A stretch of 59,973 nt of DNA from positions 1-59,973 of the forward strand of contig JBFHXP010000004.1 in NCBI GenBank assembly GCA_041598875.1, written 5' to 3'. The notes under the pieces were generated by a model. The model was not told the DNA's origin and ran no database searches. It worked only from the letters and a program-made list of their open reading frames with translations. Origin of the DNA: Desulfobulbales bacterium (GTDB taxonomy: Bacteria > Desulfobacterota > Desulfobulbia > Desulfobulbales > BM004). This document shows positions 9,152-18,624 of this stretch, piece by piece. The translations under genes were made by a program, and so were the position numbers. Position 1 is the stretch's first letter, and every line of letters starts with the position of its first letter.

Positions 9152-11725
9152 TTAATCCCTGCGCCACAGGGTAAGCAGGGGGCTGGCGACAAAGATCGAC
9201 GAATAGGTACCCACCGCGATACCGAGAATAAGGGCCAGGGAAAAATCGCGGATCACCGCGCCGCCAAGAAAAAAGAGGGCAAACAGCACAAACACGGTGG
9301 TAAGGCCGGTGATGATGGTCCGGCTGATCACATCGTTGACGCTGAGATTGATAATCGCCCCGAAATTATCCTTGATGATCCCCCGGGACGCCTTGTGCAG
9401 GTTCTCCCGGATCCGGTCAAAGATGACCACGGTATCATTCAATGAGTAGCCGGCCAGGGTCAGAAGGGCGGTGACGATGAGCAGGGTGATCTCAACATCC
9501 ATCAGCCAGCAGAAGCCGAGAACCACCAGCACATCATGAAAGGTGGCAATGGCCGCGGCAACGCCAAAGCTCAAATCAAAACGAAAGGCGAGGTAGAGTA
9601 TGACGCCGATAAGGGATATGGTTATTGCCAGCAGGGCCTTGTTGCGCAGCACCGCACTTACCGAGGAGCCGATCTCCGACTGGCTCTCCATGACAAAACC
9701 CGTGTCCGGCATCTTGTCGGCCAGGACTGCGCCAATGGTTTCCCCGAGATTGCCGACCACCTCCTCGGTTTTCTTGAGCTTGACCAGAAGCCGGTTCTCA
9801 TTCTCCACATGCTGCAAATCCACCCCACTCAACCCGGCTCCGGCCAGCTCCTTGCGCACCTCTTCCAGGGCAAAAGGATGATCGGCATGATACTGGATCA
9901 TCGAACCGCCGGCAAAGTCAACGCCAAGGTTCGCCTTGCCCCGAACGATCTGGACAAAGGCGATCATGCCGATCAGGACGAAAAATGCCGACAGGCCAAA
10001 GGCCACCTTGCGCACCCGCATATAGTCCAGGTTCGGCGTTTTCATGAAACTGACAAAATTGAGGGTCTTGAGCCCGCGCTTGGCATAGATTACGTCATAG
10101 ACCAGACGGGTGCCGAACAGGGTGGTAAAAAGGTTAAAGGTAACACCCAGGGTGAGGGTCACCGCAAAACCCTTGATGGGCCCGGTGCCAAAGAGAAACA
10201 GGGCGAGCGCGGTGATCAGGGTGGTAACCTGGGAGTCGATAATGGTCCACAGCGCCTTGTCGTATCCTCCCTCAATGCCTGATTTAACGGATTTTCCCAG
10301 GGCAAACTCCTCCCGCATCCGTTCAAAGATAAGGACGTTGGAGTCCACCGCCATACCGATGGTAAGAATGATACCGGCGATACCGGGCAGGGTCAGGGTG
10401 GCGCCAAAGGCCGCCAGTCCGGCAAAGACAAAAAGGATATTAAGCAGCAGGGCGAAATTGGCATTCACCCCGGAAAAGCGGTAATAGAAGACCATAAAGA
10501 GCATGACCACGCCCGTGCCCAGCAGACCGGACATGGTTCCGCGCTCAATGGAATCCTGGCCCAGGGAGGCACCCACGGTCAGGTTCTGGATAATATCCAC
10601 TGGCGCGGGCAGGGCCCCGACCCGGAGAACAATGGCCAGATCATTGGCCTCGTCATAGACAAAATTCCCAGAAATCTGGGCGCTGCCGCCAAGGATCTTC
10701 TCGCGAATAACTGGTGCGGAACGAACCACTTCATCGAGAATAATCGCAAAGCGTTTGCCCACATTCTTCTCAGTCACCTGGGCAAAGACACGGCCACCGC
10801 GGCCGGTGAGATCGAGACTGACATAGGGCTCGTTAAAATTGCCGCCAATACGCACCTGGGCATTTTTGACCATATCCCCGGTCATCAGAACCGGACTCTT
10901 GATCAAGAGGGGAATCTGCTGCACCTGCCCGGTTTTGTTGTCTACCTGCTTTTCAAAATATATTTCCGTGCCTTCCGGCAGGCGGTTCTGCAGGGCCCGG
11001 TTCAATTTCTTCCGGCTCTCGCCCACCTGCCACTGCCCGCTCCCCTGAGCCTCGTTGATCAGGGTCCAGGGGTCGATTCCAGTATCCTCGGCCAGCATTT
11101 TGAACTCAAGCTGCGCGGTATCGCCGATTAACTTGATCGCCCGCTCCTGATCCTTGACCCCGGGAAGCTGGATCACGATTTCATCGGCACCCTGGCGGAG
11201 AATCACCGGCTCGGCGACACCGAACTGATCGATCCGGTTACGGATAATCTCCAGAGACTGTTCCACCGCATTATCATTTATATAGTCGATTTCCGTCTGC
11301 TTGAGGCTGAGCTGAATCCTGGGAAATGATCCCGCCTCCACCTGACGCTCGATATCAAGGTTGGGGAAATCGTCCTTAAGCACACCATCAACAATACTCA
11401 GGGCGCCGGCATTGGGCAGGGTAAAGAGCACCTTTCCCGCGTCGCCCGATCCAGTGCGGACCGCGGTTACTCCCTTTTCCGACAGACTTTCCTTGAAGTC
11501 ATTGGCAGCCAGGTCCAGGGTATTCTCCTTGGCCCGGTCGAGATTGACCTTGAGCACCAGGTGCATGCCGCCCTGAAGATCCAGACCGAGGCGCAACCCC
11601 TCTGGAGCCAGGTATTTGCGCCACCAGTCGGGGGTGGAGGAAAAAAAGGTCGGCGCAAGAATCACCCCGGCAAAGACAACCGTTACCATCAAAATGACGA
11701 TTTTCAACTTCATTGTTCTATTCAT
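9152..11725 (-). CDS. secDF: fused protein translocase subunit SecDF
   Basis: LGLDLQGG, RNRIDQFGVAEP, GMAVDSNVLIFER (SecD) and GVDFAGG, GYSLNDTVVIFDRIRE, GTYSSIFVA (SecF) in one 857-aa ORF. Confidence 0.95.
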   Translation of the reverse strand: MNRTMKLKIVILMVTVVFAGVILAPTFFSSTPDWWRKYLAPEGLRLGLDLQGGMHLVLKVNLDRAKENTLDLAANDFKESLSEKGVTAVRTGSGDAGKVLFTLPNAGALSIVDGVLKDDFPNLDIERQVEAGSFPRIQLSLKQTEIDYINDNAVEQSLEIIRNRIDQFGVAEPVILRQGADEIVIQLPGVKDQERAIKLIGDTAQLEFKMLAEDTGIDPWTLINEAQGSGQWQVGESRKKLNRALQNRLPEGTEIYFEKQVDNKTGQVQQIPLLIKSPVLMTGDMVKNAQVRIGGNFNEPYVSLDLTGRGGRVFAQVTEKNVGKRFAIILDEVVRSAPVIREKILGGSAQISGNFVYDEANDLAIVLRVGALPAPVDIIQNLTVGASLGQDSIERGTMSGLLGTGVVMLFMVFYYRFSGVNANFALLLNILFVFAGLAAFGATLTLPGIAGIILTIGMAVDSNVLIFERMREEFALGKSVKSGIEGGYDKALWTIIDSQVTTLITALALFLFGTGPIKGFAVTLTLGVTFNLFTTLFGTRLVYDVIYAKRGLKTLNFVSFMKTPNLDYMRVRKVAFGLSAFFVLIGMIAFVQIVRGKANLGVDFAGGSMIQYHADHPFALEEVRKELAGAGLSGVDLQHVENENRLLVKLKKTEEVVGNLGETIGAVLADKMPDTGFVMESQSEIGSSVSAVLRNKALLAITISLIGVILYLAFRFDLSFGVAAAIATFHDVLVVLGFCWLMDVEITLLIVTALLTLAGYSLNDTVVIFDRIRENLHKASRGIIKDNFGAIINLSVNDVISRTIITGLTTVFVLFALFFLGGAVIRDFSLALILGIAVGTYSSIFVASPLLTLWRRD

Positions 11726-11791
11726 TCACCAGACTCCTGTTATGACTCAGATGCCTAACTTTACGGCAGGACTGTCTCTTCAGCACGGGCG

Positions 11792-11819
11792 ATTATACCC
11801 TACCTGCGAATTGTGTCAA
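11792..11819 (-). promoter_or_regulatory. sigma70 promoter of secDF
   Basis: Exact TTGACA-N16-TATAAT on the minus strand. Confidence 0.7.
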
Positions 11820-11954
11820 TTTGCATTCCCGGGAAATCGGAAAAGTTCCATTCCCCGAAAAATCGGAAAAAGTTTCACTGATATAAGTCCTGTTTTCTTC
11901 CGGCGCAAGGTCAGCCGGGACAAATCGATACAGATTCAGGAATATATAAGACGC

Positions 11955-12710
11955 TCATTTTTGATTAATGGCCACAGCCATGCAGGCAGCGCCGAATCCG
12001 TTGTCAATATTGACCACCGCCACCCCGGGAGAACAGCTGTTGAGCATGCCGAGCAGGGCGGCAATGCCGCCGAAACCAGTGCCATATCCCACACTGGTCG
12101 GCACGGCCACCACCGGGCGGCTGACCATCCCGGCAACAACACTGGGCAGGGCCCCCTCCATCCCGGCAACCACGATCAACACCGCGGCAGACTCAAGCAG
12201 AGCGCGGTGGGCGAAAAGACGGTGCATGCCGGCGACCCCCACGTCACACACCGCCCGAACCGGGTGCCCAAGGGCCCGGATCGTAACCAGGGCCTCTTCC
12301 GCCACCGGCATGTCGGAGGTTCCGGCGGAAACCACAACTATTTCACCACGGACATCTTCCCGCACCTGAAAATCCTCGGCCCTGCCGGTCACCATTCGCG
12401 CGACCTGGTGATAGACAAGCCCGGCAAAGCGGTCGCACACCGCAAGACCTTTTTCCGGGCTCACCCGGGTGGCGAGCACCGGACCGCCCTGGCCCAGCAT
12501 TTTTTCGAGAATAACACCCAACTGCTCCACGCTCTTGTTTTCCCCATATACCACCTCGGGGATGCCGGTACGCAGGGACCTATGGTGGTCAAGACAGGCA
12601 AAACCCAGGTTTTCGCCAGGCCAGTCTTTTAATACCCCAAGGGCGCCCTCAACCGTGCATTGCCCGCCCTGCACCTGTTCCAACAATTTCTTCAGCTGAT
12701 TCTCAGTCAT
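11955..12710 (-). CDS. larB: nickel-pincer cofactor biosynthesis protein LarB
   Basis: GIPEVVYGENK, AGTSDMPVAEEA, DVGVAGMHRL, AGMEGALPS, PTSVGYG, VNIDNGFGAA. Confidence 0.92.
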   Translation of the reverse strand: MTENQLKKLLEQVQGGQCTVEGALGVLKDWPGENLGFACLDHHRSLRTGIPEVVYGENKSVEQLGVILEKMLGQGGPVLATRVSPEKGLAVCDRFAGLVYHQVARMVTGRAEDFQVREDVRGEIVVVSAGTSDMPVAEEALVTIRALGHPVRAVCDVGVAGMHRLFAHRALLESAAVLIVVAGMEGALPSVVAGMVSRPVVAVPTSVGYGTGFGGIAALLGMLNSCSPGVAVVNIDNGFGAACMAVAINQK

Positions 12711-12910
12711 TTCAGTGTACACCAGCGAACATGAATACCGCTTCTCTTAAAAGACATGCCGCCTTAACCGGTCGCGCTCACCGAACCGGCCCGGGACTCT
12801 GTTCATATCGGCGGGGAAGAGACTCCGGGAAATTCCATGGCAAAAAAGAAGATCTCCTGGTACATCTTGGCAAAACACCCACGCTTCATTTTATTACTTT
12901 TGAAAAATCC

Positions 12911-13942
12911 ATGCAGAACGAAAACACACTTCGCCAGGCGGCACGGATAGCCCTTTTCACCTCTTTCGGGCTTCTTGTCATCAAATTCACCGCCTTTTTC
13001 ATGACCGATTCCAAGGCGATCCTCTCGGATGCCATTGAGTCGATCATCAATGTGGTCACCGCGGGTTTCCTGGTAATAAGCATTGCGATCAGCTCCCGGC
13101 CGGCGGACCAGAGCCATCCCTACGGCCACGGCAAAATCGAGGCCTTTTCCGCCGGGCTGGAAGGCGGCCTGATCATCCTTGCGGCGATCATGATCGGGCT
13201 CGAGGCGGTGCCCGCCTTTTTTACCCAGCAGCCCCCCAGAAACCTGGGACCGGGGATTTTTCTCATCATATCCGCGGGCCTTGTCAATCTGCTGGTCGGC
13301 TTGTATCTACTCCATTCAGGGAAAAAACTCAAATCAGAAGCATTGCGGGCCGACGGCCACCACCTGCTCACCGACTTCTATACCAGCGCCGGAATCGTGA
13401 TCGGCCTGTTCCTGGTTCATCTCACCGGAATTATCTGGCTCGATCCATTCATGGCCTGCCTGGTGGCCGTTCATCTTCTCATCCCGGGCATCAGCCTGGT
13501 CCGGAGCGCCACCAGAAATCTCATGAACGAGGCGGATCAGGAGCTGCTGGCCCGCATCGTCTCCGGGCTCAACGCGATCAGAAAGCCGGGCTGGCTCTAT
13601 CCCCATAAACTGAGAGCCCTGCGCTCCGGCCAGTATCACCACGTTGACCTCCATATCTCCCTGCCCCATTACTGGACCCTTGATCAGGTTCACGAGGTGG
13701 AACAGGAAATCACCGACCTGCTCCTGGAGGCAATCGGCGAAGAGGGTGATGTCATGCTCCACGTCGACCCCTGCGAACCGGACTACTGTCCGAGCTGCGA
13801 GACGGCTCCCTGCGAGGCACGCGACACCATATCTCCGCCCCCCGCTTCGGTGGAGCCCTGGACCGTGGAGCAGGTGACCGCGGCACGACCCGGCGACAAT
13901 GCCGATTCCTGTACAACCACATCCCGAACGAGGAGACGATGA
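12911..13942 (+). CDS. cation diffusion facilitator (CDF) transporter
   Basis: SDAIES, HPYGHGKIE, ADGHHLLTD, LDP, HVDP; Cys-rich tail. Confidence 0.9.
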   Translation: MQNENTLRQAARIALFTSFGLLVIKFTAFFMTDSKAILSDAIESIINVVTAGFLVISIAISSRPADQSHPYGHGKIEAFSAGLEGGLIILAAIMIGLEAVPAFFTQQPPRNLGPGIFLIISAGLVNLLVGLYLLHSGKKLKSEALRADGHHLLTDFYTSAGIVIGLFLVHLTGIIWLDPFMACLVAVHLLIPGISLVRSATRNLMNEADQELLARIVSGLNAIRKPGWLYPHKLRALRSGQYHHVDLHISLPHYWTLDQVHEVEQEITDLLLEAIGEEGDVMLHVDPCEPDYCPSCETAPCEARDTISPPPASVEPWTVEQVTAARPGDNADSCTTTSRTRRR

Positions 13943-14928
13943 CTGTTGCAAAATTGACCCACCGGGCCCCGAAAAAATGGATCTCCATCTCTGTTGCCTG
14001 CACACCTTCACAGGCTGAGATTATTGCCGGATATCTGAATGAATTTACCGGCAACGGCGTGGAATTGGTCACCGACCAGCGCGGACAGGAAAATATTACC
14101 GCCTATCTCGAGATCGCCGGCACCCTCCCGCTATCCCAGAAAAGAATCGCTGAGCTCACAAAACCGGTCCATGCCTTTATCACGAACCTGGCCGGGACAT
14201 ATACGGATGATCCCATGCCGATAATAACCACCGCCGTTGTTGACGAGGAGGACTGGGGCAGCGCCTGGAAGCAGCATTTCAAAACCTTTGCCATCAGCCC
14301 CAATCTGACGATCAAGCCCTCCTGGGAGGATGCGGATACTCTAAAAGGGGCGGTTCTGGAGATGGATCCGGGCTTAGCCTTTGGCACCGGCCACCATGAC
14401 AGCACCCGGCTGGCCCTGGGACTGATCGACCGCCTCTTTTTTGGGGAAAAAGAAAAACCGGCCCGGGTACTGGACGTGGGGTGCGGCACCGGTATTCTCG
14501 CCATGGCCTGCGCCCTGTTCGGCAGCAGGAAGATTCTTGCCCTGGACAATGATCCAGACGCCGTGGCCGCGACCCGCGACAATGTGGAACGAAACCGCCT
14601 GGGTGATCAGATGACGGTGAGCATCCGTGATGTCACCCTGCTTGACCCGGGCAGGGGAGAGTGTTTCGATCTGGTACTCGCCAATATCACCCAGGATGTG
14701 CTTACCGAGCTCGCGCCGACCCTGGTCCGGCTTGTGGCAGAAAAAGGCCGCCTTATCCTCGCCGGCATCCTCAGGGGAGAGCAGGAAAGTCTGGTCATTG
14801 CCGCCTATGACGCCCTTGGTTTCACGGTCATCTCTTCCGATGCGACCGGCGAATGGGTTGCCCTGATGCTCCACCGCGAATCCGCCCCCACTTCAGAAGA
14901 GGACGGTCGATGCGCCGATTCTTTGTAG
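13939..14928 (+). CDS. prmA: ribosomal protein L11 methyltransferase
   Basis: EEDW, DPGLAFGTGHH.ST, LDVGCGTGILA, ANI. Confidence 0.93.
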   Translation: MTVAKLTHRAPKKWISISVACTPSQAEIIAGYLNEFTGNGVELVTDQRGQENITAYLEIAGTLPLSQKRIAELTKPVHAFITNLAGTYTDDPMPIITTAVVDEEDWGSAWKQHFKTFAISPNLTIKPSWEDADTLKGAVLEMDPGLAFGTGHHDSTRLALGLIDRLFFGEKEKPARVLDVGCGTGILAMACALFGSRKILALDNDPDAVAATRDNVERNRLGDQMTVSIRDVTLLDPGRGECFDLVLANITQDVLTELAPTLVRLVAEKGRLILAGILRGEQESLVIAAYDALGFTVISSDATGEWVALMLHRESAPTSEEDGRCADSL

Positions 14929-15650
14929 AGCCTGAAAACATCTCGGAAAACAGGGCGCTCATCACGGGGGGCGAGGCGCGCCACATCACCACGGTTCTCC
15001 GCCTGGAGCCGGGCCGGGAAATCACTCTGCTTGACGGGCGCGGCACCATGTATCGTGCCCGGATCATCACCACCGGAAAAGAACGGGTGGAAACACTCCT
15101 TCTCGACTCGGAAAAAGAGACCATGCCAGGACCTACTCTGCATCTGGGACAGGGACTGGCAAAGGGCGACAAGATGGATTTCATTGTCCAGAAGGCGACC
15201 GAACTCGGCGTCGCGGTCATCCATCCATATATATCCCAACATTCGGTAATTCGTGCCGATGAAAGCCGGAAACAGAAAAAAAACGCCCGCTGGCAGAAGA
15301 TCGCCCTGGAGGCCTGCAAACAGTGCAACCGGTCGCACCCTCCGACCTGCATGCCCATCGTTGATTTTGAGAGTCTGGTCCGGGCCTCATCGGAGGCTGA
15401 CCTGAAACTGATCCTCTGGGAGGGAGAAGAATCCCGCTCCCTCGGCCAGGCCCTGCCCACAGGAAAAAAACCACACTCGATAATGCTTCTCATCGGACCG
15501 GAAGGAGGGTTCAGCGAACAGGAAGTTCGGCGGGCAGCGGAGTGCGGTTTTCTCTCGGTGCGACTGGGGAGAAGGGTCATGCGCACCGAAACCGCTGCCC
15601 TGGCGGCAACGGCCATTGTCCAGTATCTTTTCGGCGATCTCGGAGGGTGA
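14910..15650 (+). CDS. rsmE: 16S rRNA m3U1498 methyltransferase
   Basis: HITTVLR, QKATELGV, EACKQC, IGPEGGF, LGRRVMRTETA. Confidence 0.95.
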   Translation: MRRFFVEPENISENRALITGGEARHITTVLRLEPGREITLLDGRGTMYRARIITTGKERVETLLLDSEKETMPGPTLHLGQGLAKGDKMDFIVQKATELGVAVIHPYISQHSVIRADESRKQKKNARWQKIALEACKQCNRSHPPTCMPIVDFESLVRASSEADLKLILWEGEESRSLGQALPTGKKPHSIMLLIGPEGGFSEQEVRRAAECGFLSVRLGRRVMRTETAALAATAIVQYLFGDLGG

Positions 15651-15686
15651 GGGCCATCTGAGAAAATCTTCGTTGCCCGGGGGAGG

Positions 15687-16613
15687 TTACTTTTCCTTTT
15701 GCATGAACCCTTTGATCAATCCGCCGCGGCGGAGGTGGGTCTCGTACCAGCAGGAGATATCATCGCAGACATCTTCGATGGAATTCAGGTAGGCTATATT
15801 GGCGGCAATGGCCTCTGCATAGAGGTCACGGTCAATGTTCCAGCGGGCCCGAAAGTGATCCAGCATGGCCAGGCCGACATTATCGAGATCCTCCACAAGA
15901 CGGACCTTGACCACGGAATGGTGAAACTGCTCGGTCTTTTTCAAAAGCTCAAGCTCTGACTTGTATCCGGATATGCCGCCTTCCTCAAACTCCTTGAAAA
16001 GGGAGGAGAGTTTTTCAAGATAATTGCGATCCGCCATCTGGGCCAGCAGATCAACCGTGCCCATAGCCTTGCCGAGCAGGGCGACGGTCTGGTTGCTGAA
16101 AGAAATCCGGGCGGGCGGCAGTGAAAGAATCGTGCACCTGACAATCTGGCCGCACTCTTCAATCTCCTGAGCGGAAAACCCCTGGCCCTCGAGATAGGTA
16201 GACATCAGGGCAATACTCCGATCCTCGTGGCCGATGGTATACTTGGCGCCGGTACCTTCGGTGTCATCCTCTTCCTGAATAAGACCGGTGTCGTGGAACA
16301 GGGCGGAGCAGAGACCCTGGATGGTCTGGCGGGCGGAAAACCGGTTCCCCTGAAGAACAAGCCCGTGCAGGAGCCTGGCCATGGCCAGGGTGACAAGAGC
16401 GGTATGGTCCAGGTCATGATAGGCGGTATTGCTGGCCTGATAGCCGGGGTATTTTCCGTAAAAAAGCCGAGTTATATCAGTGACAACAGAATGAAAAAGA
16501 GCAGCGTCAAAATCCGGGGCGATGAGTCCGGCGGTATGCTCTGTTTCGGCCAGAACCGCGGGAAGATCTCCCTTGACAAGCAGGTCGTGCAGGCCGCGCG
16601 TTCTTTTCCCCAT
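15687..16613 (-). CDS. HD/PDEase-like metal-dependent phosphohydrolase
   Basis: YHDLDHT, LFHDTG, HEDRS, DLLAQMAD motifs. Confidence 0.75.
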   Translation of the reverse strand: MGKRTRGLHDLLVKGDLPAVLAETEHTAGLIAPDFDAALFHSVVTDITRLFYGKYPGYQASNTAYHDLDHTALVTLAMARLLHGLVLQGNRFSARQTIQGLCSALFHDTGLIQEEDDTEGTGAKYTIGHEDRSIALMSTYLEGQGFSAQEIEECGQIVRCTILSLPPARISFSNQTVALLGKAMGTVDLLAQMADRNYLEKLSSLFKEFEEGGISGYKSELELLKKTEQFHHSVVKVRLVEDLDNVGLAMLDHFRARWNIDRDLYAEAIAANIAYLNSIEDVCDDISCWYETHLRRGGLIKGFMQKEK

Positions 16614-16811
16614 CCGTTTATTCGCCCCCCGGGTTGATCAGAAAAAAAATCTTCCACTGTGCAGTGTTATTCTTTAATAATTCCTAAGATATGCTAAGTA
16701 TGGATTAAAAGGCAACCTCTTTGTCACCATGCCCGGAGAGCAGTGAGGGTCATTGGGAAGGCACACGGCCCCCGTGCCCGGCAGATCAAAATATCACAGC
16801 AAGAAAAAAGT

Positions 16812-17261
16812 ATGCGCGCGGTAATCCAGAGAGTAAGCAGGGCATCGGTCAGTGTCGGCAACCGGATCACGGGGAGTATCGGCCGCGGTCTTCTCATCCT
16901 GCTCGGTATCCACCGAGAAGATACGGAAAACGATGTCCGATATCTTGTCGACAAAATAAGCACTCTCCGCATTTTCGAGGACGGGAACGGGCTCATGAAC
17001 CGATCGGTTCTTGATGAGAAGGGCGAGGTTCTGGTGGTCTCCCAGTTCACCCTCTACGGCGACTGCCGCAAGGGAAGGCGGCCCTCGTACTCCAGCGCCG
17101 CCCCTCCGGACACGGCGAACGCCCTTTATTCACGATTTGTCGCGGAGATGGAAAAACGCGGCATCATCACTGCAACCGGCGAATTCCAGGCAATGATGGA
17201 GGTCTCCCTGGTCAACAGCGGGCCAGTCACCCTGCTTGTTGATTCGCGGAAACTGTTTTAA
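16812..17261 (+). CDS. dtd: D-aminoacyl-tRNA deacylase
   Basis: MRAVIQRV, LRIFED, SQFTL, KGRRPS, NSGPVT. Confidence 0.96.
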   Translation: MRAVIQRVSRASVSVGNRITGSIGRGLLILLGIHREDTENDVRYLVDKISTLRIFEDGNGLMNRSVLDEKGEVLVVSQFTLYGDCRKGRRPSYSSAAPPDTANALYSRFVAEMEKRGIITATGEFQAMMEVSLVNSGPVTLLVDSRKLF

Positions 17262-17302
17262 ACACCAGGCCGTGATAACCGGTTCAAAAAAACTATTTCA
17301 AC

Positions 17303-17783
17303 TCAAGCTGAATCCCATATTTTTTTACCGGATTTAAGGCGCAGACCGCTGATAAAATAATCGGCCAGAAGCGGGATATCGTCCACCCGCTCGCGGAGAG
17401 GGGGAAGAAATATCGGGATCACCCCTATCCGGTAAAAAAGATCTTCCCGAAAAAGGGATTCCCGCATCTGCCGCTCAAGATCCTTATTGCTTGCGGAGAT
17501 GACCCGGACATCAATGTGTATCGGCCTGTTGTCCCCGACCCGTTCAAACTCCTTCTCCTGCAGGACCCGGAGCAGTTTTGTCTGGGTGGAGCAGGGCATG
17601 TCACCGATCTCATCAAGGAAAATATCGCCATTGGCCGCAGCCTCAAAACGGCCGACCCGGGTCCGGTCAGCACCAGTGAAAGCCCCTTTGACATGACCGA
17701 AAAGCTCGCTCCATGGCCGGAGCCCTGCCGATCATGCCGCGAAATCCGTCCTTCTCCTTGAGATGACGTCGAAGTAGGGAAAT
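17303..17783 (-). pseudogene. remnant of a sigma54-dependent activator (AAA+ domain, internally deleted and truncated)
   Basis: [11 protein letters not shown] joins out of frame at ~17710 to [44 protein letters not shown]; no Walker A, no HTH. Confidence 0.85.
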
Positions 17784-17919
17784 TATCATCCACTGCAACA
17801 CCGGAATATTGGCAAGCATGGCCCTGAAGACATTGACCGCCAATGGGTTTCAGGCCAGATTTCTCGATGCCGTGGTCCAGGTGAAACCAGACGGCTCTTA
17901 TGAGATAACGGAAAAATAA
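17776..17919 (+). pseudogene. 3' remnant of a rhodanese-domain protein
   Basis: REIIIHCNTGILASMALKTLTANGFQARFLDAVVQVKPDGSYEITEK*; upstream in-frame TGA and no start before the active-site Cys loop; terminator follows. Confidence 0.65.
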
Positions 17920-17934
17920 TACCTCTGTTCCCTG

Positions 17935-17975
17935 AACAATAAGGCCGCACCGACATCAGGTGCGGCTTTATTGTT
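17935..17975 (+). terminator. intrinsic terminator (possibly bidirectional)
   Basis: AACAATAAGGCCGCACC-gacatca-GGTGCGGCTTTATTGTT. Confidence 0.75.
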
Positions 17976-18210
17976 TCACCGTATAGGTCTCTTGAATAAT
18001 CAGGATTTTCGTTTAAGATCAGGGAATACGAATAATTCTACCTTTTTTTGCCGCGTATACCGGCGGCTCGGATTTTTTCGGCACCCTCCTGCGGCGTTAA
18101 AAACAAAAAAAACTATATTTCTCTTGCAAATGACCCTTTCCTGTGCTGCCATTAGACCGTATACTTGCAGTCTGAGAGAAAACTATCCACAGAAAAGAAA
18201 GGGGGGAGGC

Positions 18211-18447
18211 ATGCAGCGCATCAAACTGAGTACCATGGCTGTGCTGGCCATGCTGGGCCTGATTGTCATCCTGCAGAACACCGATCAGGTCCAGACAAGA
18301 ATCCTGCTCTGGTCGATCACCATGCCCAGGGCGGTCCTGCTTGTCGGCACACTCCTGATCGGCTTTGCCCTTGGGGTTATCACGACCTTTTTCTTCAGCA
18401 ACCGGGGCACGTCTCTTTCTGAACATGATCAGCACCGGAATTCATGA
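18211..18447 (+). CDS. LapA/DUF1049-family small membrane protein
   Basis: Two hydrophobic segments around LQNTDQV..W; GGAGG RBS. Confidence 0.75.
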   Translation: MQRIKLSTMAVLAMLGLIVILQNTDQVQTRILLWSITMPRAVLLVGTLLIGFALGVITTFFFSNRGTSLSEHDQHRNS

Positions 18448-18624
18448 CTGCCCGGCACCCCGGGTTCCTGCCGGAGAATTCCCGATCTTCTGTAAAAAAA
18501 GGGCTCTGGGTCGAAGGCATGGGGCAAGCGCTAAAGAACTGTTCCCTAGGAGCTGGATTGTTTTTGACGCTACGGAAAACTCGGGCAGGATGACACCTTT
18601 TCAAGATGGCCCCTAATCATTACC

